This document shows positions 21,831-34,900 of a DNA stretch of 64,000 nucleotides, one piece after another. A model generated the notes under the pieces. The model made no database searches, had not been told where the DNA came from, and saw only the letters and a list, made by a program, of their open reading frames with translations. The stretch spans positions 310,001-374,000 of the forward strand of contig JBNZDD010013726.1 of the NCBI GenBank assembly GCA_050575255.1. The letters run 5' to 3'. A program made the position numbers and the translations under genes. This DNA is from Harriotta raleighana (Eukaryota). Numbering within the stretch: the first letter of the stretch is position 1; each line of letters starts with the position of its first letter.

Positions 21831-24800
21831 TTCCCACTCTCCCGCTCTCCTTCCCCACCNCCCCCCCCCACCCACCCTTCTCAGTTCATGACCTGATTGT
21901 TTGGTGCTTTGAGAGCTATACAAGTGTAATTTTGTTGTTGTTGTTCTCCGTATGCTTTCTCTTTGCATATTCCTGTGTCATCTGTGAGCAATGATTGTAT
22001 TTCCTAAAAGAATAAAATAAATTTTAGATGCGTTTCTTCTCCAAATGAGACAATATTTAAACTGTACAATAAAAGTATTGTACTATTTTCTCCTCCAAAG
22101 GGTCAAGGCAGCTTGCAAGACAGAGTCATCATTCATCTTTTGTGTTAAGTAGAGTCAAACATCAACAAATGTGCTATCTAAATGTTTCTAAACTAAATTG
22201 ATTCATATTTCTTCACATGAATTTGGTTCAGAGTAATTATAAGAATATTTGGAAAAATTTTGTTTTGAAAATAACTTTTCAGTCTGAACTTTTTTCATCA
22301 GCAGAAAATGAACTCATTCTTATCACATTGTTAGATATTTTCCAATTGGCTTGCTTTCCTTTAAGATCCATTAAAATATAATAATCCTTGCATATGGTAT
22401 AGTGCCATATTACACAAAGTACTTCACAGGTGACTATATATTTTGTGGGCATATTCTTAGTCGGAATCTATGTGACGTTCTCATGTGTCATGTGTCTAGT
22501 TAGTGTAGGCTCACAGCAGAACATATTCTCGATTTGGTTTTCATTCATTCATTGTTTCATTAATGACATACGTACTGATAACAGTTTGGGTTGATCGAGC
22601 TACAATTGTTTTAAGGAAGGAAATTCCCCTCCATAAATGTTGAACTACTCTTCAAAAAATAATCATCTAGAACACTGGGACATTCAAATGAAGACTCCCC
22701 AATGTTTAAAGTTAACAAGAGGTCATGGATTGCCTGATATCTAAGAGAGTGGAGGCAGCTATCAGATCTGTACCCCCAACCAGCCCCCTGCCTCTGCACC
22801 CTTAAGACCTTTGACCCCCATCTCCTCCCCAAGTCCTGCATGAAATCTAGCAGCTGCTTCAATTCCTACACAGCCCATACTCACCCAATTGCCACTCTCA
22901 CTCTTCTACCACGCCAGTCAAATTCATTGCCTCCCCCACACCATTACCCTCCTTAAAAAAATGCTAGACAATTTTAGTCCCATCTCCAACATGCCCTTCC
23001 TCTCACTCTGGTCTCCCAACTTCACTCCTTCCTCTCCCACTACTCTAATGCAGACAATGCAAATTTTAGGGATTCAATTTATTTTTTGGGATAATCTCCT
23101 GTTTAATTTGGTTCCTGGCAACAGTCTGAACTGGCTAAACTCAACAGCTGGTCCTCAAGGACAGAGCAGAGAATTCAAGTCGTTTGAAAATCCATAATTT
23201 CTCCTCCACTTGGGGAGTCAGTAACACTGATTTTAGCAAAGCAAATGCATTCTGATCCTTGAAACTTTACAACTTTAATCACTAAACTGTGTGAATTTGA
23301 TTGTGCAATCTTGTTAAAGAAATGTACAAAGAAAATTAACTGGTCAAACCAATCTTCTTACTCAAAATAATTTGCACTTCACGAAGAATGTAGAATGAGT
23401 GATACACCAAACTGAACAGTATTAAACATTAATCCTTTGCATTAATTTTACCCCTGGTTCTAGTTGTTTACAGCCATCTAAAAAAAGGAGCAATTTAATT
23501 AATTTATTTATTTTCAGTATTAATAAGATGTAATCTTCCATCTTCCTTTGAGTGAAAACATATATGCTGTTCAGTGATGACAGTTTTTTGTATTGGTTAC
23601 AGAACTTGCCAGCTTTTTCAATCAACTTTTAAGTCAAAGCAAGTCTTTTCTTCATTTATCTTCATTTTCTGACAAACCTACAACTTCCTTCCTCTAAACC
23701 AACAGAGAGGGACACGCTCAGAGGGATAACTTGTCAATTAGAAGAGAGGGAGTATTAGACATATACAGTATATTGATTTAGACTTCAGTTGTACTTCCAG
23801 CAAGTTTAGGCTTTGAAATTATGCCAAAGTAATGTGATACCTTTCTCATTACCGTGAAACTATACTTCTGTCAGGAGGATCAGCCACTTTCCAAAATATT
23901 CTTCAATGCATAACAACTGTCCTATAACATTATATTGCTTTTCTCTGCAGTCATATTGCAATTCTGTACTTTACACTTGATATGTTGCCACTGAGGGCCA
24001 GTGCCAGTGAAATAATAACAAAAACGTGCATTAATATAGCACCCTCCATGCTGGGTGGCATCTCAGAGCACTTAAACTGTATAAAAAATGTTTCTATTAA
24101 GCTAAGTAAACTGCTGATTATTTACACTTTGAAATATAAGTTAATAAAACTGCACTTTCAGAAATGAAATAATAATACTTTCTTTTAAAAATCCATCGAT
24201 ATTCCCTTCTCCACTAAATGAGACTAGCAGTTTGGTTGGATTTTGATCTCTATTGTGAAATGAGGGGATTTCATTAAATGTCATCAATTATTTAATAAAC
24301 AACCAATGAAAACATACAACAACACAAATTTACATAGCACCGCTCACAAAGGGAAGCATCCCAGAGTGCTTGGCAGTGGGGGAACACGTCATCCAGCCAG
24401 GGAGAGGTGACCACAGGCAAAAGATTCTTAAAGGATTACAGGGTCACCTGTTATCCTTTTCAGCAATTTGTCAGTGTTGCACATGGGCTGTTAACCAAAC
24501 CATAAATTAGCCTGCAAAAAACAAAATCCTTGGATCCAAATTTTTAATTGGTTCGTCCAGGATCAAATAGATTGTTTTTGGAATGGTAGAATTCAGAAAA
24601 GCAATGCTTCATATTTAGTCGTACAAGAGTTAAGTCCACAAACTGCTAATGTAAATTTATTATGAACTAATGTTTGTAGAATCTGATCTTGTAAAGATAC
24701 AGTCTGTATTATGGCATGTATTTCTGCTTCTCTCTTGAACATGTAACAGGAACCTGTTGTAATTAAGACAACAATATCAAAATTACACTTGTATAGCGCC

Positions 24801-25369
24801 TTTCATGTCAGGAAGACAGTTAGCTAATAAAGAGTCACAACAGTGTAAACAAAGTACTGACACAATTTATTTGTCTTCTCTCTGTTTATTGTTATCAATA
24901 CAGAACCATGAAGTAATATTTGTATTAAGTACAGTGAGTATGTTCCAACAAACACAAAGCAGACAAGCAAAACCTGAGGCTCAGTGCAGATGCAAAATCC
25001 TTCCAAAGTCTTTCAAGAGAAAGAAAAAACTAATAATAATTTCTGATCAGCTTGAAGTAGCCATGAGTTGAAAAAATGTCAGAAATACCACAAATTATGT
25101 GATGTTCTCATAGAAAGGCACAGATGCTGGCAAAATAATAGGCAAAAAATGTTTCCATTTAAAAAAATGTACCTATCCAAAGATGTCATATGCCATCAGT
25201 AAAGCAAAATACTGTCAAAGCGGTGTTGATAATATCAGCCAGTAAACAACAATAAAATTCAGCCCTTAAATGTTTCTCAAAAAATGGAAATTCGTGTCAT
25301 GTTTACTGATCTTCAGACTTCTTCACATGATAAAAACAATAAAAATATAATACACATTCATTTACACTG

Positions 25370-28300
25370 ATTTTTTTAATAGTATCATACATCTTATGCT
25401 ACAAAAAGCAATCTCAATATAAAATTTTTGCATTTTTTTGAAACTGTTTTTAATACCAACACAGTATGCTTCAAAAAATATTTAATTAAAACAAAAGTTT
25501 TAACAATAAGTTAGGCACCATGATTGCAAATTATGCGTTGTAAAAGAAATGTTCTGATTAAAACTGGCCATTAAAAACGAATGCATAACTTTAGACCATT
25601 TCTGCAAAAATTATAGAATTTATGTCTCCCATTTCCCCCCAAAATGGGAATGTCTGAAAACTGAAATTGAAATGCATATTTCTGAATAAAAATAAATGCA
25701 ATGACAGTAAATCAATAGATTGTTTCAGAACATCAAGACATTCTGCAGAGAAGTAGGTCACAACAAGGTACCAAAGCAGGAACCCAATACAGTGAGCAAA
25801 AATAAACTTGAAATTGTAAATTTGTCTGAGGATTTTTTCCTACGTTCAAGGTGAGCAAAAACATTTACTGCAAATGTAATTTCTAGCAAAAAGCATGGTT
25901 AACTGTAATCAAGGGGTAATGTCCGAGATGGCCATAGTTTTTATTAAAGCATTCAGTTGGCCAAAGATACTCAGATGACGATCATACATGGAATTACCAT
26001 AAAATGGAATTTAATTATCTTGCATAACACTACAATTAATTACAAAAGCTAAATTGTTATTTCAATAGGAATGACTGGATGCATCACACAGCCATATCTT
26101 CAAGGCGTGTGCCACACAGATCTTGTTTCTTAAAATTAACAAAATCCTTAATTATAGAGCATGCGGTGGTAGGTTCAATATAGGTTCTTCAAAGGCCATA
26201 AAATTAATAAATAGTTTTGCTTTCCAGATACAGGTAATTCAATCTTTGTTTAACACGGTGGGGGAGGGGGGAGGGGCGGGGGGTGCTCTGCTGAATATAC
26301 TGCGATGTACATTGTCCACTTTAATGTTGGAAGAGGAGCATCCATTTACCATAATGTCCCTATGAAAGGGAATCTTTTCATTGATTAATATTCCCCAGTA
26401 ATACTAAGAAAATCAAATGCTGCTGCAGAAAAACTGATGGGAGTTCTGAATTTACAAAATGAAAACAAGAAATCGACCCACATTCTGCAACAAAGGTAGT
26501 TAGTTACCTGAGAAACAGAGAGCGGGCACTTTACAAAAGTAAAACCTGGGGTAAACCATTCCCTCCCTATAAAAGTGTATTCAAAAACATAGGGAAAGCA
26601 TTTCAAGTTCTGGCAAGATTTTGATTCAAATAAAGACAATGATACAAATGTGTTTTGATGAATGAACAAAACAGTTACTGAAATATATATATTATATATA
26701 AAAAAAGAAAACCGCCTGCAGTTCTGGTCAGTTTCCTAAAGTATTTCTGTCAAAAGGAATCATTTCATTCTCGGTGGTTTTTGTTTTTCTATTGTCCACT
26801 CAAAAGAATGAGAATTAAAGTGATGGTGGCTGTTCACTACGAGCCTCACCAAAACAATTTTTCTTATTAAAAAAAATACTGCTCAACAGATCATTCCTTC
26901 ACATAGTAATCAGAAATGTTTCATGTTGCGTCCATGTCTGAATAGAGATGGATCCTTCAGCTTTTTATCAAAAAGTACACACACATTTCCTGCGTTTACG
27001 TACTACAACCAGAAGGTGAAGGAAGTTGAAGAACGTGGCACAATCCACGGATCTCAGCGACCACAGTGTAAAAACTGTCCCCATAGAAAGGAAGTGGTGC
27101 CTTCCTGAACTCAAAAACCTTCAGCATATCATTTTTCCATTACTTCATATCAAATATTTGATGAGGTTTCATGGAAGATATCTCTGTAGTCATCTCAAAA
27201 AATCCCAGTTTGGACAATTTCTTGATTATCTGGCATTTAGCCATGGTGTCTGTCCCTAGTTGTAATAAATATGCAGTTTCAGAATTCCTATCAGGTGACA
27301 GTCCAGAACAGAATTTCCACTAGTTAATACAGCACCAGACACAGAAACATGCACGATTTCACTTCAGCGAGCAGAAAATTAATAAAAATACACAACCAGA
27401 CCGCAAATTTGAAGTCTTAACTGGTGCATGTTTGGTAAATTGCAGACATGGTCTAAAAATGCAATAAAGTAGTCAAGGTCTCTGTTTTTTTGCTGATCTA
27501 GTTTCATGGTTTGACCTATAAGGTATGCGTTGTACTTGAAGGTGCAACAGTCCTCTTGGCTGATCTACGCAATAATCAATGCAAGCTCTGTATACTGTAT
27601 ATACATGTGTAGCATTCACCCTACATGTGAATTCCAGTATATACTGTAATTAAATCAGTAACTGGACACAAAATCCAACTTTGGGCCACAATGAACTATT
27701 TGGGTAGAGGGAATGTTCCAAGCTCTAAATTTTAAAAATAAATTGAGGTTACCAAAGGCAATAATAAAAAAAGTGCTGCCATTAATAAGGACAATCATTA
27801 CAATCCATAAGTCAACAATGAAACTGTATAGCAGGATCTTGGTTCAGGGGCAGAATGCGCAATGACAATTTAGAATGAAGTAATTTGTGATAGCAAAAAA
27901 GTGTATATATAAAATATTCTAAAATAAGTAATACTGTATTGTTCCACAGAGCTGAAATTAAATAATGTCTGCTAGCATCAACTACCTGTAATTAGCTGTA
28001 ATATAAAACATATATACACAAGCTCTATATTCGAGATATAATTACTGTATATCTAAATAGCTGTAAATATTGTATATTGCTTCCCTTCATCAATATTTAT
28101 AGGAAAATATGAAAAAAACTTTGAATTTGCAAAAGGGGATAAAGTTAATCAAGAGTCTGACTTCTCTTACACTGGCCTTACAATTTCAAGGCAACATTAA
28201 TAGCTGAAGAAAATGCTAGTCTTTTTACAGGAGCTATGTTTTCAATGTGTCCATCACCTCAGCCTATGACTTGAATGTTGTCTCATTCAAAAGAATAGTT

Positions 28301-28973
28301 TGGTGTTTATTTTGGTATAGCAGAAACTCAGTCACAACACTGAGTTTACTTTTATGATGTACTAAACCGGATTTTAAAATCCTGGATCACAGTGGACACA
28401 TTTTATTGCTGTTATTCTTCGGTCAAAATCTATGTGAGTTCACTTGTTACAGATTCATATATAAACAAGGATTTGAATTTTGATAATAAATCACTGTGCT
28501 TTTCCTTATAAAATACATCTGCCCTTTATTTAATTGTGCAGCAGCAGTCTCTATTGAAACAACCTCTGGTTTGATTTAGCTGAAAGCACTAGATTTAACC
28601 AAAAGGTCTTGCTCAAAAGATACTAAAAAGGCAAGAGAAAGAAATAGTCAAAATACATACATGGCTTGGGGATTTACTTCAACCAACCAGGTCTGCATTT
28701 ATCTGCAGTCCAGTCCAGACAATATAATAAATTATTATGCGACTCTTTACATATGCACAAATATCATGCAAATGATACTGATGTATTAGGCAACATAGTT
28801 AGTGGGTGAATACACAGGTACAAAGACAGTGGTAGACAACACAGGATTTAATACAATCTATACAAAATGTGAATTTAAAATATGAAATCATTTTAAAAAA
28901 ACTTTCATAATTGCAAAAACTGTATAAAAATAAATATTCTATGTACACACTCCATTCTGTGGTTAGATCATCA
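25370..28973 (-). other. Probable long AU-rich 3'UTR of the collagen (end uncertain)
   Basis: Follows the stop and is free of recognisable SINE/LINE. Minus-strand AATAAA at 28525-28530, 28402-28407, 28306-28311 and 25940-25945; ATTAAA at 25375-25380. Confidence 0.35.
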
Positions 28974-28976
28974 TCA
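28974..28976 (-). CDS. COL13A1: Collagen terminal exon: stop codon only (TGA), followed by the 3'UTR
   Basis: Long polypyrimidine tract ending tttttgcag, then TGATGATGA; the preceding exon ends in phase 0 with no stop. Confidence 0.75.
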   Translation of the reverse strand, partial: 

Positions 28977-31900
28977 CTGCAAAAACAAAAAACAAAAACA
29001 AACTCAGGTTAGTTCAAGATTCAGGGCTTAAACGTGAGGCACCACAGAATATGTCATGAACCAGATTCAGGGCTTTATGAAACTGAATGCTGAAGTAGGT
29101 GACAGGAAGTGGAAGCCAGAGGAATCAAGTATTTACATGGATTGATAAAGAATGGTGTTTCTCTAATCTTGAGGGAAGTCCAAAGAATGGATACATTTTG
29201 TGCTTCTGATTCATGAGCTGTATGACTACTGCTACTGATGTTTGTTGTGATCTCATATACCCCAGAGAACACTCTGTCTAACATCCAATCCTTTCTGGGC
29301 TGAAACTCAAAACTCAATACTTCGAAACAGAATGCATGTGAAAACGTATGGCCAATTTTACCTACCCACTGTAAAATTTAACTGGTAGTGAAAGAAAATA
29401 TTCACAAAGATTTCCCTTGTTGATTTCCCCTTGTAACACTTCTGCAAATCCCTGTAAAGTAAATCTATTTGAAACACAGGCATAACTGAATGACTGTGTT
29501 TAGTGTGAATGCTTGTGATTGCCAGAGTATAGCCTGAATAGCTAATAATTCCACAATGGTGATTGAAGTGTGTTGATTCAGATTGAGAATGCAGACTTCT
29601 ATTCCAACAATCAAAGCAAGGTCACTGGTTGCTATCTGTTTCTAAATAATTTTGCATTTTATGCATTTAAAACTGATTAAAAACATAGTTCGTTCCAGAG
29701 CCGCATAGTATCAAAAAGCAACACTTTCATATCATTTAAATTCAGTGTTGCTCATGTGATCCCATGGCAATAAGCTTTAAAAATATTAGTTTTGGCCTCA
29801 TGTGCAAAATGCCATGTCTGACACAGAGATTAAAGGCAGAAAAATATGTAATTAAAGTGTAGCCATAGAACACTTAAACTAGAGAACATCTAATTAATGG
29901 AAAATGTTTGTTCTGAAGCAAATTTTTCTTCATATATTCTACAGTTAAGTGAATATTAGTCCCATTAAGTGGCATCTATGCCGTAAACTTTCTTTAGCAA
30001 ATTTATCCTATCTTTTAAGTAAAGCCACTCAGATATTTCTTGAACAAATCATTCATCTGATTTTTAACCTTGTAACCTTTTACAAGGAACAGCCCCAATG
30101 GTGTATTGGGAAGAGTTTCAGCTTATGGAACAAGAGTTCACTGGCTCGAATCCCAATCCATGCTGGTACTACTACTACTTTCATATGGCCAGAGAGGCAA
30201 TTAGCAAATTTTAATAATGGAGTCTAGATTTGTGAGCCAGTCCATGCTGAGTTTATTGGATGGGTTGGGTGAACTTGTGTAGCCTTTCCAACGTTGGAGA
30301 AGGTAAAGCCAGACACAGTTTAGCACCCTCTACTGGTTGTATGTATGTGTGGCAGCTGGGTGAGGTTCTGTTCTGTTCTGAAGTCCTCTACATGTGAGTT
30401 GTCTGCTGACACCATCAACTTAGACATGAACAATGCCCACTTAGGCAGGGTACCGGACGACAACCAGCATCCGGGAAACCTCAGCTCAGTGTGAGAAGGC
30501 TGGGGATCAAGAGCAAAGCTGGCAATGGGGAGAAAATAACTTGATGCACTGAAGTTTTCATAAAAATAATTAATCTTCATCTTCTGCCAGCTGTCACTCT
30601 GAATTAAGAACATATGAAACATTACACTTGCATTCCTACCTCTACATCTGTTACAGATTGAGCTGAAATGACTGGATCAAAAATTTGCTTTGTCTGCATT
30701 TTTTTTATAGACGATTTTGAGGAATTCATTTAAACACTTTTACCATTTCCTGATCCTTTGAACAATATTTCTACCTCATTTATTCCTTAAAGGACTTTGT
30801 TTGCTTATCCAGTATGAAAACAGCTATTTAAAAAAACATCAAGTTATTCTCACTGCTCTACTATACAAGCCACCTTACAAACATGTTATTCTGAAATTAT
30901 TTTTATTTGGTTCCCAATCCTCACTGCTCACTTCCTTGTATAGTTTGAAAATGGTCAAACCATTTTAATCATTCAATGCACGCATTCATTGCTGGTTGAC
31001 CACCATTTGTATCTTTTCATCTGCCAGTACTCAAGGCCCAAAAGATATTAAAAATTCTCACAGCCAATTTTTGATATACAAGACCGTCAGCCTGCTTTTA
31101 AATCTCCCAGTTGAATCATTCTAAATCAGTGTATGGATTGGATTAATGCAAATAAATTGTCAGTCAGTAACCACAGGGCCTTTCCAGGCTCAAGGCACAC
31201 ACTAATTTTCTCTTCCTCACTTTGCTTATAAATGTGAAACATCTCTGACTTTTCTGAAGTAATATATCCTTCCTCATGTAATCCAGTTTAAATGACTAAT
31301 ATTTTCCATTCAAATGTCTAATATCTGTGCCAAATAGACTAACTCAGAATCTTAGATTATATTACACAAAATATTCCCAAAGAGCAGTGAGCTGCAGGTT
31401 AAGTATCTCTTAGTATAAATACATGGTACATTGAATCTGATTGTTTATTTAGGAGAGAATGGCTGTTCTGAAATGCTGATTCACCTCCATTATTACTTAA
31501 TACATTTCCTCTTTAATCTTTGTTCAATGAACAGATTATAATATTTTAGAGCAATTGCTGTAACTGATGTAATCCTAATAAACACACAATTTGTTAAGGT
31601 GTTCTATGCTTTGATCTGGTATGTATTTAACCTGCAACATATCAACAACAACATCACACTGTGTGCTGCATGAAGTTAAATCAATTCGATGGGATTTGAG
31701 GCATAAACAGTGGTTGTGTTCATCTATCAGCTACATTGCAAATGGTTCAATCTGCCCTAATTCTAGTTTGTTTCAATAATGCATTTGAGGTTCACAAACT
31801 CAACAATTCTACAGTGCATAAAACTATTAATCTATAGATCCACTGCATTTCCAAATGTACTCAGCAAGATAACATTCCAGCAACACCTACTTAGTACCAA

Positions 31901-34900
31901 CGGAACCAAAAATTTCAAAAAGCAATAGGTTGAGAAATAAATCACGAGAAATTTTTATCTTGGTCTACTTTTACTCTATTTACTTGGCATTTTGGAGTGT
32001 GTAGAATTTGGCAAATAGTTGAATTCAGCCTTAACTTTGAAGTTTGTTTTCTGGGATTCTTAAAATAACTAATACTATGCTGCCTTTACATTAAGAGTAC
32101 ATTTAAGAATTGGCCACTAAAGTAAATCAGCAATCAAATGGGATTTAAATTTTGAAGGCAATATTTAGACATACTGCGAGTCTCTACCTATATTAGTTGC
32201 ACTGCAACACTTTATCATTGTAATCAGTATCCACACTAAAATGTGTTTAATTGACTAATGTTATAAGACTGCATTAAAAAATTGATTAATCTTATAAGAA
32301 AGCATAAAAAAAACTTATAGTTTCATGTCAATACTGAACAAAGCTTGGGGGATTTCACAATCATTAGAAATATACAAAACAGGCCAAACATGCTTATATG
32401 AATCTGATTTTACTTACTTTATTCCAACAGCCTTGTACAGGTAAGCCATCATCACCCTGAGTTTCAAAGTAATAAAGAAATTAGTTTCATATACTTGCCT
32501 ACTTTTCGTTTCATTGTTTTCATTTAGTACTTTCTCATCATCCACATTATCTTATTCAATTGGAAAAAATAAATTTGAGCCCATGTTTTAAGGATAATCA
32601 ATTACAAAAGTCTGAAAATATATGTTCATTATTCAATCCTGACCGTTTCCATTCCAGAAATGGCATTTCAATAATCCCAACAGAATTGAGTAATAATCTT
32701 GATTTGGGTCATCAAATGCTATCACTTTCCCTGAAACTTTTAACCATTTTCAGAACAGTAAACAAATCTAATGTATTTTTAAAGGACTTTTCCAGCAATA
32801 TTTGTCTTAAGAGTCATATATTTAGAAATTCACTACTGCGATTTAGTGAATTTAATTTAGGTGCTCTCCACACTACTTAGGTAAAACTGCATAGTCTTTC
32901 AGGAATTTTTCTTTAATAACATTCACTGTAGCTTTGAAAATCAGTCATTCTTCTTCAGTGCTCTGACCTTTCATTTACTTTTGCCATCTATTAAAGTTAT
33001 CCTTTACAAATGTGAAATTCACTCACTTAGTATCAAACATGAGTTAATTCATCAGAACTTTGTGATTTTTGAGTGTGCTATTTTACAATCACTCTGTGAT
33101 TAATTTTTCCCATAGGTCCCAGCTTCAAGTGCTTTTTACAATGTTTTTGTTCTGTGTCAGGACTAGTTTATACATTGATGCAATATTATAAACTGTTTAG
33201 CTTTTAACCAAGGCAACAATTTAAATAGTTGGAAATTCCAGAAATGAAACTATTTAAGGGTTTTGATTTGTGACAAATTAGATAATTTAATAAAGCTCTA
33301 CATTTTTTCTTAGATTCCATCTTATTCAATTTCATGTTTGACTGAAAATGATATGGAATTTGTGGCCATCAATAAGATGAACAGTTAAACTGAACACAAT
33401 TAGAAATCAAGATGGCACTGATCCAAATGACACCAGCTAGTGCTTCTGTTCAGAACCACAAACATGAATCATGGATGGTCAAAAAGAAAGCAAATATAAT
33501 TTGATGATCTAACCAATATATGACAAAGAAAGAGTTTGTGCTTAAGGATTTGGATATTTCCCACTACCCCAAATTTGCTTCATGAATTTTCAAGATTTTT
33601 TTTTCTAAAGTACCCATTACAGAGCAAATTATTGTAATGATAACCCTTCTGTTTCTTCTTTGCAATAACCATGTAAAAATGACTGGAGTTAAAACTTTTA
33701 TGTTGCAATTAAATTACTGTGTGTATATATTACAATTTACAATATTGTATATAATACAATACACATTATTTCCCCTGCTACAATGTTAAAATCTCTGCTC
33801 TTAGTTAAGGGCAATTCTTCCCTCTGCAAATTGTAATGAAATAAATATTCCAAAGAACATTTGAATAGAATGCGCACTATTTTATCCATCAGTCAAGATG
33901 GAACTGACAAACGATAGCTCATTCACAGTAATGAAATTGTGTATTCATTTACAGCTTGGCAATTGTGTGCAACATGCTTTTTTAAAACATAGAATCCAAA
34001 CACAAGAACCACATAATTCATGCATATGCTTATGTAACGATAAATAGCTCATTAAAACAGTTTGCATTTTTGAGCCATATCTAAAATCAAAAGAACATGA
34101 TTTGTACATTCAAGGCCTTCTAACAAAACACATAATATGCATTACAGATACTTAGAAGTACATTTCTTTTACACACAAAAAACTGATAGAACTACACTAT
34201 ATTTTGCTTATTTCTTATGGACACACTTTAAAGTTACAATTTACTCATGTGCTTAAAACAGTTTAATTGAGATAATTGATATTGACCCATTGGTACATGG
34301 TTGGAATGCACTGAGGGCAGGTTTTAAGGAAAGGTGGGAAAAAGGTGAGGAAGTGTTAATTTTTAATTGGTTTAAAAAGGAAAACAGGATAATAAATACA
34401 ATAAACAAGGGTAGAGTCCACAAGAGAACCCCCTACAACAGCAATATAATAATTAGAGGGGTGCTTGTGTAATAATAATAATACTCCTTGCATTTGATAT
34501 AACGTTTTCTAGATGTCTCAAAGTGTTTCACAGAATACACTGTAAAGTGAATTGACTATATTTTGTGGGAGAAATGTGGCAACCAATTGCACACAGCAGT
34601 GCATAAGGTCTGGTTGAAGTGGAAGGTGTAAGATCTGCTTGACGTGTAAGGTCTGGTTGAAATCCCTGACTTTTAAAATAGAAACTACGGATACAACCAC
34701 AAGCTAAAAATAATTATTTTATACATATAAGGGAAAAAGTATGATTTAACTCATTTAATGTTGAACAGTGATAGGTTTTCTCCTCCTATGCCCTTTCTCC
34801 TATGTACTTCTCCCTCAGCTGTCAAGACAGTCTGATGTACAGTAGCCCCTTGTGATCCATCTCATGCAGTCTTTAGCACATGAAATGTTACAAATCTTTG

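Noticed and set aside
21472-21994. Several overlapping 70-140 aa ORFs
   Set aside because: Explained by an L2 LINE fragment and a poly-C tract containing an N.
30090-30530. GC-richer block with a tRNA-like head (similar blocks near 40110-40760 and 45570-45830)
   Set aside because: Probably old degraded SINEs, but too diverged to assign by eye, so not reported as features.
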